64,000 nt of DNA from an uncultured Acidobacteriota bacterium (GTDB lineage Bacteria > Acidobacteriota > UBA6911), in NCBI GenBank assembly GCA_963843575.1, contig CAWJKZ010000017.1, positions 128,001 through 192,000 on the forward strand. Direction: 5' to 3'. Below are positions 57,148 through 64,000 of this stretch, one piece after another. Made by a program: the position numbers and the translations under genes. The notes under the pieces were generated by a model. The model saw nothing but the letters and a program-made list of their open reading frames with translations. It was not told where the DNA came from and did not search any database. Every line of letters starts with the position of its first letter. Position 1 is the first letter of the stretch.

Positions 57148-59927
57148 TAAGCCACCTCGATCGCCGCCTCCGGGCAGGCCGTCGCGCACATGCCGCAGCG
57201 CGTGCACCGGTCGTCGATCACCTCGTGGCGCTCGTAGGGACGCGGCACGATCGCCTGGACCGGGCACGCCTGGGCGCACAGGGTGCAACCGGTGCACGTT
57301 TCGAGGACCCGGTAATGGATCAGGCCCTTGCACTGCGCGGCCGGGCAGCGCCGTTCGCGGATATGCGCCTCGTACTCCTCGCGGAAATAGCGCAGCGTCG
57401 TCAGGACCGGGTTGGGCGCCGTCTGGCCCAGCCCGCACAGACTCCCTTGCTTGATGCCCTGGCTGAGGTCCTCGAGCGTGCGCAGGTCCGCCTCGATCCC
57501 CTTCCCGGCGCAGATGCGTTCCAGGATCTCGAGCATGCGCTTCGTGCCGATGCGGCAGAAGGTGCACTTGCCGCACGACTCGTTCTGGGTGAACTGGAGA
57601 AAGTAGCGCGCGATCTCGACGGCGCAGTCGCGCTCGTCGAGCACGACCAGGCCGCCGGACCCCATGATGGCGCCAGTCGACGCCAGTTCCTCGTAATCGA
57701 CCCGGGTGTCGGCAAACCGGGCAGGGATGCAGCCTCCCGAGGGACCGCCCACGAGCACCGCCTTGAACTTGTGCCCGCCCTTGATGCCGCCGCCGACCTC
57801 GTCGACGATCTCCCTGATCGTGATCCCCATGGGGACCTCGATCAGGCCGCCGCGGTTGATCTTGCCCGCGAGCGAAAACACCTTCGTCCCCTTCGATTTT
57901 TCGGTCCCGAGCGCTGCGAACGCTTCGGGACCCTGCCGCAGGATCCACGGGAGGCAGGCAAGCGTCTCGACGTTGTTGATCAGGGTGGGCTTGCCCCAAA
58001 GCCCCGACTGGGCGGGGTACGGCGGGCGGAGCCTGGGCATCCCGCGTTCCCCTTGGATGGACTGAATGAGTGCGGTCTCCTCGCCGCAGACGAACGCGCC
58101 GGCCCCCTCGCGCACCTGCAGCCTGAAGCTGAACGTGCCTCCGAGGATGTTGTCGCCGAGGTATCCCTGCTCGGCGGCCTTCCGGATCGCCTCCCGGACG
58201 TGGCGCACCGCGATGGGGTATTCACGCCGCACGTAGATAAAGCCCTCGGTGGCTCCTACCGCATACGCGGCGATGGTCAACCCTTCGATCACCCGGAACG
58301 GGTCGGCTTCGAGCACGGCGCGGTCCATGAAAGCGCCCGGGTCTCCCTCGTCTCCGTTGCAGATGACATACTTGACGTCGCCGGCCGCGCGGCGCGTGAT
58401 GTCCCACTTGACCGCCGTCGGGAACCCGGCGCCGCCGCGGCCTCTCAGGCCGGCGACCCGCACCTTCTCGATCACGTCCTGCGGCGCAAGCCGCTCGATG
58501 CAATGCCGCAGCGCCTGCATACCGCCGTGGGCGGCATACTCCTCCAGTGCGAGCGGCTCGATCTCACCGCAGTTCTCCAGCACCACGCGCACCTGCCTCG
58601 CGAGGTAGGGTCCGGCATCGACCCTCCTGCCGTCGACCGGCAGCCACTCCGAATCTTCAAACAGGCGGGCCCGAGCGTCCCGAAGCCCCTCCCGCAACCT
58701 GACCGCCACGCCGCGCGGCCGGACGTGTTCGCGCACCACCTTGCGGGCGTCCTCCGGGCGCACGTTCCCGTACAGCGTGTGCCGGCCGTCCTCGATGACT
58801 TCCACGACCGGCTCGCAGTGGCACAGCCCGCTGCACCCGACTGTTTTCACCCGCGCGCCGCCCCCAAAGGACTCCACCGCCCGCTCGACCTCGGCGTGCA
58901 CCGCGCGGGCGCCACTCGCGATGCCGCAGGAACCGAGCCCGACCCGTATCTCGACCGCGCTTCGGCCGTGCGGCGGCGGTCGGTGTCCGTTTCCATTGCG
59001 ACCGCGACGGCCCCGCCCCCTCCCCGCTCGTGCGCCGCCGGCCTGCTCGGCTTTGAGGTGCTCCCGGAGGATTCGCCCCGCGTGCTGTGCGCTGACGTGG
59101 CCATGGATCCTGTCATCGACGGTCATCACCGGGGCTAGGCTGCACGACCCCAGGCAGGCGACCGGCTCGATGGTGAAGCGGCCCGACGGGTCGGTATCCG
59201 ATCCGTGGGCGATTCCCAGGGAGCGCCGCAACTCGGTCCTGATCTCCACCGCCCCCGACACGTGGCACGCCGTCCCCTCGCAGACCCGCACCATGTGCTC
59301 CCCCACGGGGCGCCGGCGGAACTGGCCGTAGAAGGACGCCACACCCGCGATCTGCGCCGGCGTGATCGAGGTCGCTTCCGATACACGCCGCAGCGCGGCT
59401 TCCGGCAGGTACCGGTAGCGCGCCTGGATGGCCTGCAGTATCGGGATCGCCGCGTCGGGCCGATCCCCTTCCGCTCGAATAATCTCGTCGACGGGCGACA
59501 TATCGAGCGGGGGCTCCGCGCCCGCGTCGGGGCGCACCAGAGGCCCTGACGACGGCTCGACCGGGGAAGCGGGCGCGGCCGCCGCAACGGAAGCCGTAGC
59601 CGCGGGCCGTGGGACCCGCAACCACTTCGCCCAGGCGAGAAACGTGGCGGAGGCGATCAGGAGGGTAAGGCCGCCGCGCCTGTAGGAGTTCCGGCGGGCG
59701 ACTGCCGCATCGTGCTGGCGGTCTGTCTCGGGTTGCAGAACCTTCTGGACTTCCGCGTCGGTCTTCGCCTTCTCCTTCAGCGATTCCACAAGCGCTTTTT
59801 CGACGGGGAGAACGCGGCGAGCGTGCAGGTAGACCGATACGAGCCAGACCGCCGCGATCACCGACACCAGTGCCGCCGCCACCCCGAGCCACTTCGACGC
59901 GATCGATCGGAGGCGCCCGCCAGTCAT
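57147..59927 (-). CDS. Membrane-anchored HydC-HydB (NuoE-NuoF / BfuC-BfuB) fusion flavoprotein
   Basis: Two N-terminal hydrophobic helices; VCEGTAC/CLGSC; GSCG/GCSGLC; GLRGRGGAGFP, DEGDPGAFMDR, FVCGEET, GGPSGG, ESCGKCTFC, HIRERRCPAAQC; two CxxCxxCxxxCP motifs. Confidence 0.92.
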   Translation of the reverse strand: MTGGRLRSIASKWLGVAAALVSVIAAVWLVSVYLHARRVLPVEKALVESLKEKAKTDAEVQKVLQPETDRQHDAAVARRNSYRRGGLTLLIASATFLAWAKWLRVPRPAATASVAAAAPASPVEPSSGPLVRPDAGAEPPLDMSPVDEIIRAEGDRPDAAIPILQAIQARYRYLPEAALRRVSEATSITPAQIAGVASFYGQFRRRPVGEHMVRVCEGTACHVSGAVEIRTELRRSLGIAHGSDTDPSGRFTIEPVACLGSCSLAPVMTVDDRIHGHVSAQHAGRILREHLKAEQAGGARAGRGRGRRGRNGNGHRPPPHGRSAVEIRVGLGSCGIASGARAVHAEVERAVESFGGGARVKTVGCSGLCHCEPVVEVIEDGRHTLYGNVRPEDARKVVREHVRPRGVAVRLREGLRDARARLFEDSEWLPVDGRRVDAGPYLARQVRVVLENCGEIEPLALEEYAAHGGMQALRHCIERLAPQDVIEKVRVAGLRGRGGAGFPTAVKWDITRRAAGDVKYVICNGDEGDPGAFMDRAVLEADPFRVIEGLTIAAYAVGATEGFIYVRREYPIAVRHVREAIRKAAEQGYLGDNILGGTFSFRLQVREGAGAFVCGEETALIQSIQGERGMPRLRPPYPAQSGLWGKPTLINNVETLACLPWILRQGPEAFAALGTEKSKGTKVFSLAGKINRGGLIEVPMGITIREIVDEVGGGIKGGHKFKAVLVGGPSGGCIPARFADTRVDYEELASTGAIMGSGGLVVLDERDCAVEIARYFLQFTQNESCGKCTFCRIGTKRMLEILERICAGKGIEADLRTLEDLSQGIKQGSLCGLGQTAPNPVLTTLRYFREEYEAHIRERRCPAAQCKGLIHYRVLETCTGCTLCAQACPVQAIVPRPYERHEVIDDRCTRCGMCATACPEAAIEVA

Positions 59928-60922
59928 CGCGTCTCCACCTGGACCAGCGTTTCGCGGCCGCCGCGGTGCTCCAGCTCGCGCGGGCACGATTCATAGCAGC
60001 GGGCACAGCTGACGCACGCGCCGCGATCCGCGCGGAGCTTTTCGATGGCGCCGTAGGGGCACGCCTGCGCGCACAGCCCGCAATCCAGCTCCTTGTCCGG
60101 CGTGATGACGACGTTCTTCCAGGCGACGCGGGAGAGGATGGACAGTATCCCACCGTACGGGCAGAGCCAGCGGCAGTACGGCCTGCCGATGAACATCCCG
60201 GCGACGATGAACACGGCGCCGATGGCGAGCATGTGGAACGGGCCGGTGATCCGGAAGAGCCCGATGAACGGGTCCCACTCGCAGATCAGAAAACGGCGCC
60301 CGGTCTGCAGATTCAGCCCGGCGACCCTCAGGTGCAGCCCCCAGCCCGCGGCGACGACAGCCAACGACAGGTAGACATAGGGGAGCCACCCGAGCGCCTT
60401 GTCGAGCTTGCGGGGAACCTGGACCGGGCGCAACACCACCAAGTCCTGCACGGCCCCGAGCGGGCACACGCCCCCGCAGAACACGCGCCCGAACAGCAGC
60501 GCAGCGACGAGCGGCAGGAAGAAGAAGACGATCACGCCCAGCGACACCATGTACCGCGGGTCGACCAGCGACAGGGTCACGTTCTGAATGGCGCCGATCG
60601 GGCAGACACATCCCTTCCGGTAAAAACCGAAGTAGGCGAGCGCGCCGATGCTGAGCAACATTACGCCGTTGCGGCTGCGCCGTTTCAGCACGAGCCAGGC
60701 CGACAGGCCCAGCCCCGCGGCCAGCACGGCGACATCGAGCACCCGAACCCACGCCGTGCGGGGCTCGGGATGCGTCGGGGTGGGGAATGCGTAGGTGCCG
60801 CCGAAATCGGGCGGGGCTTTCTGGTATTGGGCGAACAGCACGCCCGACGCGAGGGCCGCCAGGACGAGGACCGGGAGCCATATGCGCCGCACCACCGCCA
60901 GGCGTTCGGGACCGCTAGGCAT
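59924..60922 (-). CDS. NapH/NosR-like membrane 4Fe-4S protein
   Basis: GCVCPIG, GRVFCGGVCPLG, RPYCRWLCPYG and C-terminal ferredoxin motifs; multiple TMs; ATGA overlap with the downstream gene. Confidence 0.88.
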   Translation of the reverse strand: MPSGPERLAVVRRIWLPVLVLAALASGVLFAQYQKAPPDFGGTYAFPTPTHPEPRTAWVRVLDVAVLAAGLGLSAWLVLKRRSRNGVMLLSIGALAYFGFYRKGCVCPIGAIQNVTLSLVDPRYMVSLGVIVFFFLPLVAALLFGRVFCGGVCPLGAVQDLVVLRPVQVPRKLDKALGWLPYVYLSLAVVAAGWGLHLRVAGLNLQTGRRFLICEWDPFIGLFRITGPFHMLAIGAVFIVAGMFIGRPYCRWLCPYGGILSILSRVAWKNVVITPDKELDCGLCAQACPYGAIEKLRADRGACVSCARCYESCPRELEHRGGRETLVQVETR

Positions 60923-61499
60923 GGGCCTGACTTTCACTGGGCGCCACGCCCGGTACCGTAGTTCGTATGATCGCGGCGTCGGGACAGGCCACCTGGATGG
61001 CGCAGGTGTTGCACTCCAGGCAGCGGCTGTAGCGGATCTCGAGCCGCAGCGAGCCGTTCCCGGCAGGGGGCTTGCACGCCTTGACGCACTTGCCGCAGCC
61101 GTCGCAGCGGGTTTCGTCGATGAAATACTCGTAGTAGTTGTTGTTCGGGTCGTCCGGGTCCACCTTCCCCACGACCCGGCGCTTGAGCGCGTCCTGCGGG
61201 CAGACCTTCCCCGTTGGGATGCCGCGCTCATCCGGCTGGCTCATCACGTCGAAATACGCCGGGCAGAGCATGCAGTAGCCGCACTTTTCGAAATCGTTGA
61301 CCGCCTTGACCGCCGAGAGGCTCAGCACGCAGGAGGTACGGCACAGATCGCACGCCGTGCAGCGGAACGGATCGACCTGGTAGACGGAATCTGCAGTCGC
61401 GCGGCGCACCAGGAGCCCCGCGGCCCCCCCGATCCCGGCGAAACCGAGGATTCGGAAGGATCGGTCGAAAAACTGCCTGCGGCTGGACCGTTCGCTCAT
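60915..61499 (-). CDS. Polyferredoxin with a Tat-like N-terminus (NapG/MauM-like)
   Basis: SSRRQFF plus a hydrophobic stretch; CTACDLCRTSC, CGYCMLC, CPQDA, CDGCGKCVKAC and CLECNTC...CP. Confidence 0.88.
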   Translation of the reverse strand: MSERSSRRQFFDRSFRILGFAGIGGAAGLLVRRATADSVYQVDPFRCTACDLCRTSCVLSLSAVKAVNDFEKCGYCMLCPAYFDVMSQPDERGIPTGKVCPQDALKRRVVGKVDPDDPNNNYYEYFIDETRCDGCGKCVKACKPPAGNGSLRLEIRYSRCLECNTCAIQVACPDAAIIRTTVPGVAPSESQAHA

Positions 61500-61512
61500 A
61501 TGCGCGTGCGCC

Positions 61513-62568
61513 TCACTTCTCCCGGGTAACGGGCATAAACACCTTGATCTCCCGCCGGACCGGGTCGGCGGCGGCTATCCGCCCCTTGGAATCGACGGCC
61601 AGGCGAATCGTGGTGCAGCCCGGGTCGAAGTGCTCCGGGCCGATGACGCCCAGCAGCTTCCCTTCCCGTTCGTACACCTTGACCCGGGACACCATCTTCT
61701 CCCCCGTTACGATGGTGCCGTCAGGGGCAAACGCGACGTCCACCGGGTTGCAGCAACCGACAAAATCCTCGGGACGGGTCATCCCGAACTTGCCGAAGGA
61801 TCCGCGGGGAGAGCCGTCGAGCGCCCAGAGCGTCACCCGGTGACGCCCGGTATCGCCGGCAACCACGATCCCGTTTGAATCGACGTCGAAGTCAAGCGAC
61901 CGGTTCGGCAAGATAAACGTCCCTGTCTTGGTGCGGCTCCCGATCTCCCCGATGAGCCGTCCGTCCATCGTGTGGCGCCGGATCAGGCGTGCCGCAGCAT
62001 CTGCCACCAGCACTTCCCCGCCAAATACCTTGATCGCGGTGATCGCTGCGGGGCGACCCGGTGTTCCGGCGGTGAAACCTCCCACACGGGCGCCCGTGCC
62101 TTCGAAGATGTGGACGCGGTCCGCGCCCCCGACAAACACGCGACCGTCGGAGGCCGCCGCGAGACAGGCCGCGGAATCGGGCGCTTTCCAGCTCTTGACC
62201 AGCGTGCCGTCCGGTGCAAAAACGCGGACCTCCGCATCCCCCAGCCCGTAGAGGACGTCCCCGGGACCGATCGTAACGCCGGCAAGGGACGCGCGGAAAG
62301 GATGGGCGGATCCGGCGCCGCCGAGCACCAGCGTTCGGACATACTCCCGGCCGAGGTCGGACGCCGCGTGCACGACAGGCTGCAACACGGTGAACGGGTT
62401 GCCCGCTGGAGAGGCAGGGCGGGGCGGCAACACCGGCTCGGGCCGCTCCCGGAACACCGCGGCCGCAAACGCCGCGACGGCTCCGACAGCCGCGGCGGGC
62501 GGGAACCACGATTTGCGGAACCGCTCCAGCAGCCCGGTTGCGACCGTTTCCTTCTCACCCGGTCCCAT
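61513..62568 (-). CDS. NHL-type beta-propeller protein with an N-terminal membrane anchor and GCCNP motif
   Basis: Repeats such as LAAASDGRVFV, VDSNGIVVAGDTGRHRV, VAFAPDGTIV and LAVDSKGRI; FVGCCNP. Confidence 0.8.
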   Translation of the reverse strand: MGPGEKETVATGLLERFRKSWFPPAAAVGAVAAFAAAVFRERPEPVLPPRPASPAGNPFTVLQPVVHAASDLGREYVRTLVLGGAGSAHPFRASLAGVTIGPGDVLYGLGDAEVRVFAPDGTLVKSWKAPDSAACLAAASDGRVFVGGADRVHIFEGTGARVGGFTAGTPGRPAAITAIKVFGGEVLVADAAARLIRRHTMDGRLIGEIGSRTKTGTFILPNRSLDFDVDSNGIVVAGDTGRHRVTLWALDGSPRGSFGKFGMTRPEDFVGCCNPVDVAFAPDGTIVTGEKMVSRVKVYEREGKLLGVIGPEHFDPGCTTIRLAVDSKGRIAAADPVRREIKVFMPVTREK

Positions 62569-62581
62569 CACGCCTCCCTCC

Positions 62582-63860
62582 CTACCTGCCCGCTCCGCCG
62601 ACCTGCAGACAAACCATCTGGTGCATGTCGCGGATGACGAGCTTCCCATTGGAGAGGGCGAGGGGGCCCCAGACCTCGTCGCCGCCGAGGATCTGGGCGC
62701 TCGCCAGTTCCTTGTACTGCGTCGTGTTCGCCTCAACGAGCCGGAGCATTCCGGTCCGCCCGTCCAGCAGGAAGAACATGCCGTCGGCCAGGAAGAATCC
62801 GCCCAACTCGAAGGTGCGGGCGCCGCCGGGATCGGTGGACGTCACGGGACTCTGCCAGACGACCTTCCCATCGAGCGCGACACACATGAAACGTCCCCTA
62901 GTCTTGCTCCCCACCGCGAACAGGTGGTTCTGAAAGAGGATGGGGGTGTGCACCTCGGAATTGAACTGCGTGCTCGCCAGATCGTAAAGTTTCCTGGCCG
63001 TAAAACCCGCGGCCGACTTCTCGACCTGGTACATCGCGCTCCCGGCCTCGTAGCCGCTGGTGACAAAAACCCTTCCGTCCCCAATCGACACCGGGGAGGG
63101 CACGGCCGCCATCTTGGCGACAAACGGCGAGCTCCACAGGAACTTGCCGTCGGCGGCGGCGACGCCGACTACGCTTTTCATCGTCAGGTACAGGTACTGC
63201 TTCACCCCCCCGATGGTCGCCGGCATCAGCGACGAGTGGCTCATCAGGTCTCTTTCGACGTTGGGCGTCCGCCAGATCTCTTTCCCGGTCGCTTGATCGA
63301 AGGCCACCACCAGCGCGGCGCCGCCTGTGGCCACGATGACGCGGTCGCCGTCCAGAAGCGGGTTCTGCCCGGCGTACCAACTGGGTATCGTCGCCTTGTA
63401 TTCCTGGACCAGGTTCTTCTGCCAGACCAGCTTCCCGGTGCGAGCGTCCAGGGCGTGGAAGCGGCACTTCGGATCGAGGGCGAAAACCAGTTTGGGTCCG
63501 ACGGACGGCACGGAACGGGTGATCCCGTGGTTGGGCCTGATCTCAACCGCATAGCTCCACCGCCACAGGTCTTTCCCGTCGGCCAGCGCGATGCAGCGCA
63601 CGACGTGCTCTTTTTTCGCCGCGTCGTAGTCGTTCAGATAAATGCGCCCGTCGCGGATGGCCGCCCCGGCATAGCCCTCACAGACGGGAGTCCTCCACAG
63701 GACTTTCGGCCCGCCTGCAGGCCAGGAGCGCAGCAAGCCTGTCTCGGTAGAGATGTTGTCCCGGGCGAGCCCCGCGGAACTGCGGCCAGTCGACGCCGGA
63801 AACCATTATGGCAGATACACTTAAAGCAATAATAAAGAAGCCGGAAAGGCGACCGAACAT
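62582..63860 (-). CDS. PQQ-like beta-propeller exported protein, apparent 1-nt insertion at 63770-63773
   Basis: MFGRLSGFFIIALSVSAIMVSGVDWPQFRG joins LARDNISTETGLLRSWPAGGPKVLW after removing one G from GGGG; span is 1279 nt (3n+1). Confidence 0.88.
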
Positions 63861-64000
63861 AAGATCGTTCCTCGCGACAGACCAGCCCCTATCCGCACAA
63901 AACCCGAGAGCTGTCATCTTTCCATTGATGAAAACCGGGTTCAAGTACAAAAAACAGACCGCCGGCCCCGATTTCGTGTACCTTAAGGAGCAGGTGGGGA

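Noticed and set aside
54766-59927. Complex I nuoEFG, [FeFe]-hydrogenase, formate dehydrogenase or glutamate synthase
   Set aside because: No nuo membrane genes, H-cluster motifs, molybdopterin domain or gltB are present; the architecture differs from each.
63861-64000. ORF extension or gene end at the right edge
   Set aside because: AT-richer sequence with no convincing coding signal; probably the upstream region of the cluster, but it cannot be resolved here.

Overview
GC-rich bacterial genomic window. The Gly-rich TolC proteins, many exported beta-propeller and TIM-barrel proteins and REP-like palindromes suggest Acidobacteriota (inference). It holds about 47 protein-coding genes, mostly exported hydrolases, sugar-processing enzymes, peptidases, two glycosylation fusion proteins, a TolC-TolC-RND-MFP efflux operon, a DUF2339/DUF3999-like pair and murI. 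I recognised no rRNA, tRNA, CRISPR array or transposase. The best candidate for an undescribed system is the minus-strand cluster at 54766-63860: a PQQ-type propeller, an NHL propeller with a GCCNP motif, a Tat-type polyferredoxin, a NapH/NosR-like membrane Fe-S protein, a membrane-anchored HydC-HydB (NuoE-NuoF) fusion with electron-bifurcation signature residues, and a HydA/NuoG-N-terminus::GltD protein with no hydrogenase or molybdopterin domain. It is followed by a Gfo/Idh - TIM-barrel - ThuA sugar operon. Intergenic DNA carries three non-autonomous MITE-like families: a 207-bp element with TWA duplications, a 196-bp element inserted in the loop of a REP hairpin, and a 240-bp element with 30-bp inverted ends. 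Seven genes each carry one extra base, most likely long-read sequencing errors. The ORF track misses, or gives no proper start for, the gene running off the left edge, a DUF3788-like gene and two small proteins.
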